The position numbers and the translations under genes were made by a program. The notes under the pieces are model-generated. The model searched no databases. It was given only the letters and a program-made list of their open reading frames with translations, and had not been told where the DNA came from. 64,000 nt of DNA, taken from Longimicrobiales bacterium. GTDB lineage: Bacteria; Gemmatimonadota; Gemmatimonadetes; Longimicrobiales; Gaopeijiaceae. Position 1 is the first letter of the stretch. Each line of letters starts with the position of its first letter. Location: positions 1,824,001 through 1,888,000 of the forward strand of contig CBDAON010000004.1 in assembly GCA_965198065.1 (NCBI GenBank), read 5' to 3'. Positions 15,534 through 26,381 of this stretch are shown in pieces.

Positions 15534-16905
15534 GGGTCCGGCACGTGGAGCTCGCCCAAACCGAGCTCCCCCACGGCAACCGCCACCCACTCGGCGTCGG
15601 CGACTAGAGCGACGGCCGCACGCTCGGGATCCAAGTGGGTGCGGACCGCTCGGCGGGCCACCTCGGCGTCCACGTTGCGAATCTCGTCGCGGTATCGGTG
15701 ATGGTAGTCGTCCGGAAGGCCGAAGACCACGAGCTCCACGAGCCGCCCGGCAAGCTGTGCTGTCGTCTCCATGCGGAGGGGGAAGACGCCCGCCAGGTAT
15801 TCCCTCGACCGCTCCAGCTCGTCGTCGGTAGGGCCCTCCTCCGCGAAGCGGCGGAAGACCTCCATGGCCTCGCCGAGTGCGGCTGCGGTCACCTCCGTCT
15901 GGACGGCCGTCGCGATCGCGAAAAGTCCTCCCGTCTTCCGGAACGAAAATCCGGATCGCGCACCGTAGGTGAATCCGTGCCGCTCCCGGAGGCTCAGGTT
16001 CAGGCGACTCGTGAAGGCGCCGCCCAGGGCCAGGTTCGCGACCCGGAGCGGGATCTCGTCCGGATGCCCCCGAGGAGGAGCCGGGAGCCCGATCCGGATC
16101 TCGGACTGGACGGCTCCGTCCCGGTTCACAACCACGACGGTGTCCCTCCTCCTTCCAGGGGCGGGAGCGGCAGGCAAGGGCCCGGAGCCCCCGGCCTCCC
16201 GGCACCGAAGTGATCCTGGGCCAGGGCGACGACCCGGTCCCGAGCGACGTCCCCGACGAGCACGAACCCTCCGCCTTGGGGTCCGTAGCGACGGGGGGCG
16301 TACTCCCGCACGTCGGTCGGCCCCAGGGAGCCGACCGTCTCCTCCGTACCGGCCAGCGGTAGGTGGTAGGGGTGCTCGGGAGCGAAAACGGCTCAACCTA
16401 GCTCGTCGTCCGCCAGGTCGTCCGGCTCCATCCGCCGCTGTCTTATCGTCGCGAGTCGCTGTCGGCGGACCCGCTCAACCTCTTCGTCCGGGAAGCTCGG
16501 CCGCCGCACCACCTCGGTGACGAGAGAGAGCATCGCCTCGAGTCGCTCCGCCACGCACGTGAACTCGACGGAGGTCGAGCTCCAGCCCACGGACGCGCGG
16601 AGCGAGCTCCCAAGGCGCTCAAAGGCCTCGGCCAGCTCGGCTCCCGACCTACGCGCCGTCCCTCCCTGGAGAGAGTCTCCCGTCAGGACGGCGAGGCCGG
16701 CTCGGTCGGAGCCCAGGGACGCCTCGCCCGCGTCCACGACCAGGCAGCCGCTCACTAGGGGCACCCGCCCGCGCTCCATGGAGCAGATCCGGAGGCCGTT
16801 CGCCAGCTCATGCCCGCCCATGGCCGGAAGGTGGAACGGCCGGAGCGGCCTCGGCGACGGGGGCACGGATCGGTCAACCCCGGCATTCGCCCTGGCGTCC
16901 GTCAT
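15530..16905 (-). CDS. M16 family peptidase, non-catalytic subunit (in-frame TGA at 16393-16395 and frameshift near 16200)
   Basis: LANGLR and PSFPDEEVER..., reading through the TGA into AVFAPEHPYHLPLAGT, then C-terminal LGGAFTSRLNLSLRERHGFTYG. No HXXEH motif. Confidence 0.8.
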
Positions 16906-18173
16906 GCTCCGTCCTCGGGGATGTAGGTGAGAATCGCCCGGTTTTCCGGGACGAACACGGTGCGGGCAAGCGCACGCACACCCTCCGCCGTCACGGCTCG
17001 GAGGCGATCCACCTCGGTGTTCAGCCGGGAGGCGTCCCCGAAAAGCATCTGCTGCATGGAGAGGAGGTCGGCGCGGGACGCCAGCTGCTCCACACCCCGG
17101 ATGAGGGCCGTCTCGGACAGGGCGACGGCCCGCTCAACCTCCGCGGAATCCGCATCCTGGAGCCCATCGATCTCCCGCGTGAGGGCGCGCTCCAGGACCT
17201 CCGGGTCCGAGCCGGGAAAACCGGTCGCCCACGCGACGAAGACGCTTCGGCCCGTGACGAGCGGAAACGTGAAGGCGACCACGTCCCGCGCGATACGCTC
17301 CTCTCTCACGAGCCTCCTGTACAGCCGGGAGGCGCGGCCATTCGCGAGCAGGGACGACGCCACGTCCACCGTATAGAACTCAGGGTCGGTGAAGGCGGGC
17401 ATTCGAGCGCTCACGTATGCGCGCGGGAGAGGAACGTTCGAGCACACCCGCTCGACCTGGGCCCCTCCGATCCAGGCGTCGACTACCGGATTCCCGGGAA
17501 GGGGCGGAATCTCTTCTCCCCGAGGCAGGTCCCCGAAGTATTGCGCTACGCGTCGGGACGCGTCCTCCGGATCGAAGTCGCCGGCCAGCGTGAGGACTGC
17601 GTTGTTCGGGCGATAGTACGTTCGGAAGAACTCCCCCACGTCCTCCAGCGAAGCCGCCGCCAGATCCTCCATCGACCCGATCACGGTGTGGTGGTACGGG
17701 TGATCCGGCGGGAACGTCATCGCCTGAAGCCGCTCGTCCCAGTCTCCGTACGGCTGGTTGTCGTAGCGCTGGCGCCGCTCGTTCCGGACCACGTCGCGCT
17801 GGTTGTCAAGCTTCTCCTGGTCCATGGCGGAGAGGAGCCAGCCCATCCGGTCGGACTCCAGCCACAGGGCGAGGTCGAGTTGGTGCGCGGGAAGGGTCTC
17901 GAAGTAATTGGTCCGGTCGTACCACGTGGACGCGTTCGCGCTCCCACCCGCCTGCTCGACGAGCTCGAAGTGTCGGCCTTTGGGGACGTTCCTGGACCCC
18001 TGGAACATCATGTGCTCGAACAGGTGGGCGAACCCCGTGCGACCCCTAGCCTCGTTCCGGGACCCCACGCCGTACCAGAGGTTCACGGCCGCGATAGGGG
18101 TGGCGCGATCCGGAGCCAGCACTAGAGTGAGCCCGTTCTCGAGCGTCCTCACCTCCACGTCGAAGGCCATCAT
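16902..18173 (-). CDS. M16 family (pitrilysin-like) zinc peptidase, catalytic subunit
   Basis: GFAHLFEHMMF (HXXEH), DRTNYFE, LESDRM, HPYHH..IGSMEDL and YYRPNNA. Confidence 0.93.
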   Translation of the reverse strand: MMAFDVEVRTLENGLTLVLAPDRATPIAAVNLWYGVGSRNEARGRTGFAHLFEHMMFQGSRNVPKGRHFELVEQAGGSANASTWYDRTNYFETLPAHQLDLALWLESDRMGWLLSAMDQEKLDNQRDVVRNERRQRYDNQPYGDWDERLQAMTFPPDHPYHHTVIGSMEDLAAASLEDVGEFFRTYYRPNNAVLTLAGDFDPEDASRRVAQYFGDLPRGEEIPPLPGNPVVDAWIGGAQVERVCSNVPLPRAYVSARMPAFTDPEFYTVDVASSLLANGRASRLYRRLVREERIARDVVAFTFPLVTGRSVFVAWATGFPGSDPEVLERALTREIDGLQDADSAEVERAVALSETALIRGVEQLASRADLLSMQQMLFGDASRLNTEVDRLRAVTAEGVRALARTVFVPENRAILTYIPEDGA

Positions 18174-18177
18174 GCGG

Positions 18178-19037
18178 TCACGGTCGCTCTCCGAGCCGCT
18201 CGCGGAAGGAAGAGGGCCCGAGGGCATCCGTCAGGAGCTCCCGTGCTTCCTCGGGGCCCGCGTGAACGCGGTCCTCAACCTCCGAAGCCACCCCGGCGTC
18301 CACTCAAGGCCGCGCTCCACAGACCCGACCACAGTCAGGGCCAGAGCCGCGAGGAGCTGTCCCACGACGTCGTCCGGCCGGAGCCGAGCTCCGTGCTCGA
18401 GCGCGGTGGCGGCCTCGTCGGGGTTCCCGAGCTCCACGTGCGCGAGCCCGCCGAGGATCCACGCCCAGCCATCTTCCGGATCCAGATCGGTGGCCCTCCC
18501 GAACGAGACTTCCGCGGCCTCGAGGTCTCCGGCGAAGGTCCGGGCAACGCCGAGCTCCACGTGAGCGAGCGGATCATCGGGGGCAAGCTCGGCGGCCGCC
18601 TCCAGCTCGCGGAGCCCCTCTTCGATCATTCCCTCCCTCGCCAAGTAGGCGCCGTACATGAGCCGCGCATGGGCCAGATCTGGGCCGAGGAGGGCCGCCA
18701 TCCTCAGCGCTCCTTCCGCCGCGGGGTCGTCGAAGGCCGCGACGGCGGCGCCGGCCGTCGCCAGGACGGCCGGATCCCGGGGCGACAACTCGAGGACCTG
18801 CTTGAACCGCTCGTACGCGGCGGCCTCCATCCCGAGCTCACGCTCCGCGGTGCCCAGCCAACAGAGCACGTGGGGATCCCCCGGATGCTCCCCGAGCCCC
18901 TCGCGGAGGAGGGTGGCGAGTTGCGCCCACTCGGCCTCCTCGGCCAGCTCGAGGGCGCGGGCGAGGAGGTCCCGGACGGAGTCCGGAGGATCCGAGCGAC
19001 CCGACGTGCCGGCCAAGCTCCCGGGAAGTCTCCGCAC
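18178..19037 (-). CDS. Tetratricopeptide repeat protein (frame disruption near 18305)
   Basis: Several TPR-like helical repeats. An alternative frame gives a plausible C-terminus VDAGVASEVEDRV...FRERLGERP* ending 4 bp before the M16 start. Confidence 0.7.
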
Positions 19038-19046
19038 CGCGGCCCA

Positions 19047-20261
19047 CTACGCTCCGAGCTTGGACAGGCGTCCCGCGTGGGCAAGCGCCAGGCTCATGAG
19101 GTGGCGGGCCTCGATGGTGCCCAGGTCGCCCCCGCGACAGCCGCATTCCGAGAACTCGGGGGCCGTAGGCCGCGCCCAGGCCGAAGCGAGAAGAACCGGC
19201 ACGGAATGCCAGGAGTGCCCTCGGAGCTTCGCGGGAGTCGAGTGGTCGCCGGTGACGACGAGGACCTCCGGATCCAGCGCAACGAGCCGCGGAACCAGGG
19301 CGTCCACCGCCTCGATGGCGGCGACCTTGGCCTCGAAGCTCCCGTCCTCGCCTCGCGCGTCCGGCGCCTTGAAGTGAAGAAAGTGAAAGGAGGCCTCGCC
19401 GAAGCGCGTCGAGAGCAGGGCGACGGCCTCATCATCCGTGCGGGGGATCTCGGGCACCCGCATGCCGACCAGCCGGGCCACCCCCCGATACATCGGATAC
19501 GTGGCCGACGCCATCCCGTCGAGACCGAAGCGGTCGGCGATCGTGGGTAGGGGATCGTAGCGCGCGAACCCCCGCGCGAGGAGCCCGTTCACGCGGGACT
19601 CGTCCACAAGCGCCTCGTGGGCCCCTACCAGGAACCGCCCCGCGATTCGCGCGGTCGCAGCCGAGCCCTTTGAGAGCGCCTCCGGCGCTCGCGCGGGAAC
19701 CCCTGTCTCCTGCGGATCCGTGTCGGAGACCTCGGCCTCGAGCCCCGGAGCGCGGAGCACCAGGACGGCCCGATGCTCCTTCTCGTGCATGAGAAAGAAC
19801 TCCGCCGCTCCGTCCAGCGACACATCCGCCCGAAGTCGTTCCACGATCCGGCGCCCCTCCGCGTCGGATGGCCGTCCGGCCCGACGGTCCACGATCCGCC
19901 CTCCGGCATCCAGGGTCGCGAGGTTCAGTCGCGCAGCCACGTCCCCGGGGAGGAGGTCGAAGCCCACGCCGAGCGCGCTGAGCACCCCGCGCCCGATCAG
20001 GTACCGGAGGGGATCGTACCCGAACAGCGCGAGGTGGGCGGGACCGCTCCCGGGCGTGACCCCCGGCGCCACAGGAACGCTCATCCCCAGCGAGCTCCGG
20101 GCAGCCAGCGCGTCCAGGTTCGGGGTGCGCGCCGCCTCGAGCTCGGTCTTGCCGTCGTCCGGATGAGGGAGCCCCCCTAGCCCGTCGATGACGACGAGCA
20201 GGATTCTTCCTCCCCCTCCGTCCCGGCGGACGAGGTCGTCGGGGATGCGGATCGGCTCCAT
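19047..20261 (-). CDS. 2,3-bisphosphoglycerate-independent phosphoglycerate mutase, ApgM type
   Basis: VIDGLGG, TELEAARTPNLD, PGSGPAHLALFGY, YPMYRG, KAPDARGEDG, TGDHSTP and HSWHSVP. Confidence 0.88.
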   Translation of the reverse strand: MEPIRIPDDLVRRDGGGGRILLVVIDGLGGLPHPDDGKTELEAARTPNLDALAARSSLGMSVPVAPGVTPGSGPAHLALFGYDPLRYLIGRGVLSALGVGFDLLPGDVAARLNLATLDAGGRIVDRRAGRPSDAEGRRIVERLRADVSLDGAAEFFLMHEKEHRAVLVLRAPGLEAEVSDTDPQETGVPARAPEALSKGSAATARIAGRFLVGAHEALVDESRVNGLLARGFARYDPLPTIADRFGLDGMASATYPMYRGVARLVGMRVPEIPRTDDEAVALLSTRFGEASFHFLHFKAPDARGEDGSFEAKVAAIEAVDALVPRLVALDPEVLVVTGDHSTPAKLRGHSWHSVPVLLASAWARPTAPEFSECGCRGGDLGTIEARHLMSLALAHAGRLSKLGA

Positions 20262-20372
20262 GGAAAGCGAAATATATTCACGGCCCCGAGGCCGGAGAAC
20301 CGGTGCGTCTAACGGAGGGAGCGGTCCGGGACCACCGTACTGAGATCTCGACCCACCACTCCGGAGCACGTC

Positions 20373-21316
20373 ATGTTCGCACCCGTCTTCCCGCACGTCC
20401 TCGTCCAGCTCGGGCAGATCCAGGTACCCGCACCCCCCGAGATCCTCGACGCGGCCTACGGAAATCCTGAACTTCACGCTGTTCACCGTCGGAGATCAGG
20501 CGATCACGGTCGTAACGATCCTCGTGGTCGCCGTGATGCTCGTGGCTTCCTGGTGGATCTCGTTCGCGCTCCAGCGCGGGGCCGAGCGCACGCTCCGCCG
20601 CCGCGGCGTGACCAACGCGGGCACCGTCGCGGTCACGCGCCTCCTCCTGCACTACGGGATCATGGCGGTCGGCTTCGCAATCGAGATCCAGCACGTCGGA
20701 ATCGACCTGTCTGCCCTGTTCGCGGCGGGCGCGATCTTCGCGGTAAGTCTCGGATTCGCCATGCAAAACATCACTCAGAACTTCGTTTCGGGCGTGATTC
20801 TCCTTCTGGAGCGAACGATCAAGCCGGGCGACATCGTCGAGGTCGAGGCTCGGTCGCTCAAGGTGCTCAAGATGGGAATCCGGACGACGGTGGCCCGGAC
20901 CCGCGAAGACGAGTCGATCCTGATCCCGAACTCGGTGCTGGTGCAGTCGGCGGTGAAGAACTTCACGCTGGACGACCCACTCTTCCGGATTCGGGCGGGC
21001 GTCGGCGTGTCCTACGACTCGGACATGCGACACGTCCGCGAGACGCTCGAGCGCGTCGCGTCGGAGATGAAGTGGGGCGTCGATTCACCGGAGCCGGTCA
21101 TCCTACTCACCAGCTTCGGCAACTCCTCCGTGGACTGGGAAGTCTCGGTATGGTGCGACGATGCGTGGCGCGCGCACCGACTGGCCTCTAACCTCAGAGA
21201 GGCGATTCTGGTGGGCGCTGAAGGAACGCGGGATCGTCATCTCGTACCCGCAACTCGACCTGCACCTCGACCCCCCGGTCCACGATGCGCTGGTCCGGCT
21301 CCCCCGCCCAGCCTGA
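20373..21316 (+). CDS. Small-conductance mechanosensitive channel MscS family (frameshifts near 20460 and 21208)
   Basis: GFAMQNITQNFVSGVILL, GDIVEV, IPNS, VGVSYDSD and FGNSS. The repaired C-terminus IWWALKERGIVISYPQLDLHL ends at TGA 21316. Confidence 0.85.
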
Positions 21317-21443
21317 CGTCGAGGGAGCGGCGCCGAACTACGCACCCCTCGGGAGAGAGGTCCCCCGAGAAGAACGACCGAGCCGCCCGGTCCGTCGGGA
21401 CGGGCGGCTCCGCCAGCAACTTCTCGGTAGAGCGGAGGAAACG

Positions 21444-22013
21444 CTACTGCAGGAGCCCCACCTCCTGACCGCCGGCGACCGTGAACGTCAGCCACATTCC
21501 GGTGGCCGCGTGCCCGGTCACATAACAGAGGAGCACGTATTCGCCCGCCGTGCTGGCCGTGAACGTGATGCTCTCGCTCTCTCCCGGAAGGGTCGAGTCC
21601 GTCATAGAAGTGGGGTCCGCCGTGACCGCTCCCTCGAACGCCGGAACAACCTCCTCGAATATCGGTGGATAGGTCGCCTGCCGCTCGGACACGCCGACCG
21701 AGTGGGCCATTGCCGGGTCCCGGTTCGTGAGGTTGATCGTGATCTCGTATCCCTGGGGAACGATGATCTCGCCCGTTCCCCCGACGAATCCGTTGTAGTT
21801 CCAGTAGTTGTTGGCGTTCGTTTCTCCGGCCGTCAGATCGATCGTGACCGTGCCTGCCGTGTTGTCCGCCCGGATCCATACGGGCATCGTGGGACCGGCC
21901 GGCGCCGCCGCAGGAGGCGCCGCAGCCGCCGGAGGAGCCTCGTCGGCCGTATCACCGCCGCCGCACGCGACGACTCCGATGGCAAGAGCTGCCAACACCG
22001 CTTTCATGCGCAT
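21444..22013 (-). CDS. Sulfocyanin/rusticyanin-like blue copper lipoprotein
   Basis: Lipobox VVAC, then NYNG, AHSVG and the type-1 Cu loop CYVTGHAATGM (C-x4-H-x4-M). Confidence 0.8.
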   Translation of the reverse strand: MRMKAVLAALAIGVVACGGGDTADEAPPAAAAPPAAAPAGPTMPVWIRADNTAGTVTIDLTAGETNANNYWNYNGFVGGTGEIIVPQGYEITINLTNRDPAMAHSVGVSERQATYPPIFEEVVPAFEGAVTADPTSMTDSTLPGESESITFTASTAGEYVLLCYVTGHAATGMWLTFTVAGGQEVGLLQ

Positions 22014-22107
22014 GATTCGTAGCGTCCTCGACTTTAGGGTGGGTGTGGGAGCGAGGAAAATACCAAGGAAAGGGGCCAGGGGGTAGGGATTCCCCGGCTC
22101 CCGAGGG

Positions 22108-23274
22108 TCAGGACGACGCGTAGGCCGCGTTCTCCCGGATGTAGCCTTCGGTCAGGTCGCAGCCGAAGGCGATGCCCCGCCCGTCGCCCACCCCGAGCGA
22201 GATCGAGATCTCGACAGGATCCTTACCGAGAAGCTCCCGGACCTCGACTTCCACGAACGGGACCCCCAGACCACCCCGGATCACCTCCACTCCCTGGATG
22301 CGGGCGGACACGCAGTCGGGAGTGATCCGGCAGTCGAAGCACTTCCCGATCGCCATGAGGACCCTTCCTACGTTGGGGTCCTGGCCGAAGGCCATGGTCT
22401 TCACGAGAGGAGAGTCCACGACGGACCGTGCCACCTGGCGCCCGTCCTCGTCGCTGGCCGCGCCGTCCACGGTCACGCGGATCAGCTTGGTCGCCCCCTC
22501 ACCGTCCCGCGCGATCCATTCCGCCATGCGCCGGCAGATCGCGGTCAGGGCCTCCCGGAACCACTCGGCCGCGACCGGGCCGGCCAGGCCGTTCGCCATG
22601 AGAACGACTGTGTCGGAGGTGCTCGTGTCCGTGTCCACGGACAGGCGCTGGAAGCTCTCCCCGGCGGCAGCCGAGAGGTGGGGTCCGAGGGCGGCGGTCT
22701 CGAGCTCCGCGTCCGTGAAGAGGAAGACGAGCATGGTCGCCAGGTTCGGCGCGATCATTCCGGCGCCCTTTCCCACGGCAGTGAGCGTCCCCCCCCCCAA
22801 GGCGAGGGACAGCACCTTGGGCTCGGTGTCCGTCGTCATGATCCCGCGGGCCGCCGGCCAGGGGTCGCGACCCAGATCGTTCGCGACACCCGCGAGGCCT
22901 GAGCGAATCTTCTCCATGGGGAGCCGGCGACCGATCACGCCGGTCGAGCTCATGAGCACGAGCTCGTCCGGGAGCCCCAGCTCCCCGGCCGCGAGGTGCC
23001 CCATCAAGAGAGCGTCCTCCACCCCCTCGGGACCGGTCGCCACGTTGCTCACCTTCGAGTTCACGACGATCGCCTGGAGAACCCCTTTTCGGATCCGCTC
23101 CCGGCCAACCACAACGGGCGCCCCGGGGAAGTGATTTCGCGTGAACAGGGCGGCCGCTCGGGCTGGCACGTCCGAGACGAAGACCGAGAGGTCGGGGTCA
23201 GCGGTCTTGAGGCCGCAGTTCCGGGCCGCGCATCGAAAGCCCGCGGGAAGCCTTGGAGTCTCGTGGAAGTCCAT
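22108..23274 (-). CDS. argJ: Glutamate N-acetyltransferase / ornithine acetyltransferase ArgJ
   Basis: STGVIG, IMTTDT, KGAGMIAPNLATML (autocleavage site), DTDTSTSD, DGEGATK, SPLVKT and GCDLT. Confidence 0.93.
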   Translation of the reverse strand: MDFHETPRLPAGFRCAARNCGLKTADPDLSVFVSDVPARAAALFTRNHFPGAPVVVGRERIRKGVLQAIVVNSKVSNVATGPEGVEDALLMGHLAAGELGLPDELVLMSSTGVIGRRLPMEKIRSGLAGVANDLGRDPWPAARGIMTTDTEPKVLSLALGGGTLTAVGKGAGMIAPNLATMLVFLFTDAELETAALGPHLSAAAGESFQRLSVDTDTSTSDTVVLMANGLAGPVAAEWFREALTAICRRMAEWIARDGEGATKLIRVTVDGAASDEDGRQVARSVVDSPLVKTMAFGQDPNVGRVLMAIGKCFDCRITPDCVSARIQGVEVIRGGLGVPFVEVEVRELLGKDPVEISISLGVGDGRGIAFGCDLTEGYIRENAAYASS

Positions 23275-23379
23275 CGCCGAGCCGCCGATCGTACGACGGA
23301 AAAAAGAAGAGCCGACCCGACTGGATCGGCCGTTCAAGATGTCCGGGAGGGTCTCCCGGAGCAAATCCGGGCGACCTCC

Positions 23380-23535
23380 CTATCCAGGCGACCTCGCCGC
23401 CGGGGCCGGTCCCAGGTCGCGCGCCATCGCGCGGAGCCGCCGAGCGAGCTCGGCCTCTCCCCTGATCTCGGCTTCGTGCGCCTGCCTGAGCAGCCAGCGA
23501 ATCCTCTCTTCAACGCTGAATGCCGTCACCATCAT
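23380..23535 (-). CDS. Small 51-aa hypothetical protein
   Basis: TAGGAGGG RBS, then MMVTAFSVEERIRWLLRQAHEAEIRGEAELARRLRAMARDLGPAPAARSPG*. Below the ORF-track size cutoff. Confidence 0.55.
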   Translation of the reverse strand: MMVTAFSVEERIRWLLRQAHEAEIRGEAELARRLRAMARDLGPAPAARSPG

Positions 23536-23709
23536 CCCCCCTCCTAACGGTCTCGGAACCCGACTCTCTCCCCCAACTACGGCGGCGGACGCCCGAAGGA
23601 TTCCGTTTCTGGAGAGACGTGCGTAGGAGGCAAGGCGTTAGACGAAGGCAGAGCCCGCCCTCGCGGACGCTGAAACCGGGAGCGCGGTCGCGCCCCCCCC
23701 TCTGGGCGG

Positions 23710-23895
23710 CTAACCCTCGAGGGCTCTTCGAACCGCCGAGACGATGCCCTCCGCCGTGAAGGGCTTGGACACCAAGCGGATCTCACCCTCCGAGGGGGCC
23801 CGCTCAGCATCGGTTGCCTCGTCCGGATGAGGGGTCATGAGCAGGACCGGCAGGTCTCCCCGCTCGTGCCGGAGCCTCCGCGCCAGCTCCCGGAA
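23710..23895 (-). pseudogene. C-terminal half of a response-regulator receiver domain
   Basis: FRELARRLRHERGDLPVLLMT...LVSKPFTAEGIVSAVRRALEG*. No N-terminal DD/D motifs and no clear start. Confidence 0.6.
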
Positions 23896-24034
23896 CCTGA
23901 ATCCGGGGCCCCGGTAGGGGGTCGAGAGCCATTGTCGCAGATCGAGCTTGCTTCACCATCGGGCGCATCCTAACATGCCAATCCGACGCGTTGCGGATTC
24001 TGCGCGGGCTTCTCGGTCGCATCGGAGGTCGTCG

Positions 24035-24871
24035 ATGCCTGTGTTGTCGCAAGCGGGGCAGTCGGTTCCTCGCCGGCCTGCCACCGCGAACGATCTGCTG
24101 CGAACCCGGTGGCGGCCCCTCTTTTGGTACGGCACGCTCGCCTCGCTGGTCGGGCACGTCCTCGTGATCACCCTCACCCCGGCGTGGGAGTGGGGTCAGG
24201 GGGTGGTGCTCGTCGCGCGGGAGCCGCTCAGGATCGAGCGGCTTCCGACCGTCGAGCCCCCGGAAGAGCCCGCGGAGGTCGAAGCGGAGGCGGCGGCGCC
24301 CGCGGAGACCGCGAGCGACGAGCCGGAGGCGGGAGCAGGAGGGTCGGGGACGGAGACGGGGACGGGGCTGGCCGACCTTCTCGACCTCCTCCGGGACCGG
24401 ATGCCGGGGAGCTTCACGCCCGTGGCAGCGCAGGAGGGCGACGGGACACCGACCGCCGATTACGACTCCGCCTTGGGGGGTATAACATCCCAGCTCGACC
24501 AGCTCGAGTCCCTTCCGCTCGACTTGAGTCGTCTCTCCACCGTTTCACCCGAGCTGGCACTGGGGACCGCGGTTCAAGGCTGGCCACTCATTCGGAACCC
24601 CAACCAGGTCGTGCGCTTCATTCGGTCCGGACAGGTCGCTTACGATCGAGCTCGCCGCGCCGACGCGCCGGAGGGGCTGGTAACGGTGGCGATGTGGATC
24701 GATCGGAACGGCTCGGTGGAATGGGCGGAGGTCCACGAGTCGAGCGGTGACGTGGGTCTGGACGAGATCGCCCTCGACGTGCTCAGCCGAGTGGCCGAGT
24801 TCCGGCCGGTGCGGAGCCAGGGAGCGTCGGGTATGCTCGCGCTGCTCGTTTCTATCCGTTTCCCGTTCTAG
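24035..24871 (+). CDS. TonB-like energy transducer (N-terminal TM, acidic linker, TonB-C domain)
   Basis: TM LASLVGHVLVI with the S-x3-H motif; C-terminal G.V.VAMWIDRNGSV..EVHESSG...LDEIAL...FRP. Confidence 0.7.
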   Translation: MPVLSQAGQSVPRRPATANDLLRTRWRPLFWYGTLASLVGHVLVITLTPAWEWGQGVVLVAREPLRIERLPTVEPPEEPAEVEAEAAAPAETASDEPEAGAGGSGTETGTGLADLLDLLRDRMPGSFTPVAAQEGDGTPTADYDSALGGITSQLDQLESLPLDLSRLSTVSPELALGTAVQGWPLIRNPNQVVRFIRSGQVAYDRARRADAPEGLVTVAMWIDRNGSVEWAEVHESSGDVGLDEIALDVLSRVAEFRPVRSQGASGMLALLVSIRFPF

Positions 24872-24932
24872 TGGCCTGATCGGCGTCGGAAACGACAGCA
24901 CTTCGCACCGACTCTTCCGGAGGATCGAAGTC

Positions 24933-26378
24933 GTGCCGAAACCCAGGGTCAGCGTTTCTCTCGCCGCCGCCCTGCTCATAGGTGGCTGCGCGACTGTGGC
25001 GTCGCCCCCGGGCCCTGTGGTGTCTCCCACCGGCATCGTCTATGAGCCGGGCATCCCGCCGGAAGAGACCCGGTTCTCGCAGACGGCCAGGCTCTACATC
25101 GTAGGACTGGTCTGGGAACGCGCCCTGGGGCAGTCCCTCCTCGGCATCGCGTCCGACTCCACGAATCCCGTCCACTATTACCTTGCGGGAGCCTCGAACG
25201 TCGGGCTGGGAGATTACGCCTCCACGGACCGGTTCTGGAGGGAGGCCGAGCGGCTCTACCCTGCGTACGAGCTGGTCATCGAGCCGCTGCGGGAAAGTGC
25301 GTGGGCCGACTCGTTCAACGACGGGGTCGAGCTCTACCTCGACGGGCAGATCGACGAAGCCGTTGCGGCGTGGGAGAAGGCAACGGTCATCTACGACCGG
25401 CGTCCGGAGGTCCACCTAAACCTGGGGGCCGTCCTGGCCGATGAGGGAGAGTACCGGCAAGCCATCCAGGCTTATCGCGAGGGGCTCCAGGGGCTCGCCC
25501 GACCGCCGGCGACGTACGTGATGGACGTGGAGGAGATCCAGGCCCGAAGCTCCGCTCAGGCCGACATGGAGCTGAACCTGGCGCAGCTCCTCCTGGTTCA
25601 GGATGAGTTCTCCGAGGCGGAAACCCTTCTGCGGAGGCGCCTCGAGGCCAACCCCAGGAGCGTGGAGCTGACCGTGAGCCTGGGCACGGCCCTGAACGGG
25701 CAGGGCAGGCAGCAGGAGGCCGCGGACGTCTATGGCACGCTGCTGGCCTCGCAGAACCTGACGACGTACCAGCTGACGCAGATCGGCACCTCCCTCTTCC
25801 ACGCCCAAGACTTCGTGGGCTCCGGCGAGGCCTTCTGGCGCGTCACGCAGTTGGAGCCCGACGGGCGGGACGGGTGGTTCAACTACGCCAACGTGCTCCT
25901 CGCCCGGGGGGAGTGGGAGACGCTGACGGTAGCAGGGGCGCGCCTCGTCGAGCTGGATCCCCTCTCCGAGAGCTCGGCGCTCATCAACGCCCGCTCACAC
26001 GTCGAGGTGGGGGACGAGCCCGCCGCTCGGGCGGGCCTGGAGCGACTCGAGAGCCTGCCGGTCCTCTTCGAGGACCTGCAGCTCGGGCGGACCGAAGGGG
26101 ACACGAGGGTTCGCGGCACCGTCGTTGGCCACGCGGCCCCAGCGGGAACGCCGATCCGCGTCCGCTTCCTGTTTTACTCGGGCCGACAGCAGGTCGGCGA
26201 GGAGCTGGTCCAGCTCGTTGCCCCCGACGCGGAAGTGAGCTCTCCCTTCTCGGTCGCGCTCGAGGTCGCGTTCGAGGGGTTCGCCTCCGCGTATCGTTAC
26301 GTCGTCCTCGATCCCGCCCCGGACCCGGATCCCTCCGCTCCTCCGGACTCTGACGCCGCGGACACGGACGGGAACTGA
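24933..26378 (+). CDS. TPR-repeat lipoprotein
   Basis: Lipobox-like LIGGC, multiple TPRs (VHLNLGAVL..GEY..AI..Y) and a beta-rich C-terminal domain. Confidence 0.75.
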   Translation: MPKPRVSVSLAAALLIGGCATVASPPGPVVSPTGIVYEPGIPPEETRFSQTARLYIVGLVWERALGQSLLGIASDSTNPVHYYLAGASNVGLGDYASTDRFWREAERLYPAYELVIEPLRESAWADSFNDGVELYLDGQIDEAVAAWEKATVIYDRRPEVHLNLGAVLADEGEYRQAIQAYREGLQGLARPPATYVMDVEEIQARSSAQADMELNLAQLLLVQDEFSEAETLLRRRLEANPRSVELTVSLGTALNGQGRQQEAADVYGTLLASQNLTTYQLTQIGTSLFHAQDFVGSGEAFWRVTQLEPDGRDGWFNYANVLLARGEWETLTVAGARLVELDPLSESSALINARSHVEVGDEPAARAGLERLESLPVLFEDLQLGRTEGDTRVRGTVVGHAAPAGTPIRVRFLFYSGRQQVGEELVQLVAPDAEVSSPFSVALEVAFEGFASAYRYVVLDPAPDPDPSAPPDSDAADTDGN

Positions 26379-26381
26379 GGA

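Noticed and set aside
16393..16395. In-frame TGA in the M16 subunit as selenocysteine or programmed readthrough
   Set aside because: The position is not a Cys-type catalytic site, no SECIS-like hairpin is evident, and the gene also has a frameshift. A CGA>TGA error or mutation is simpler.
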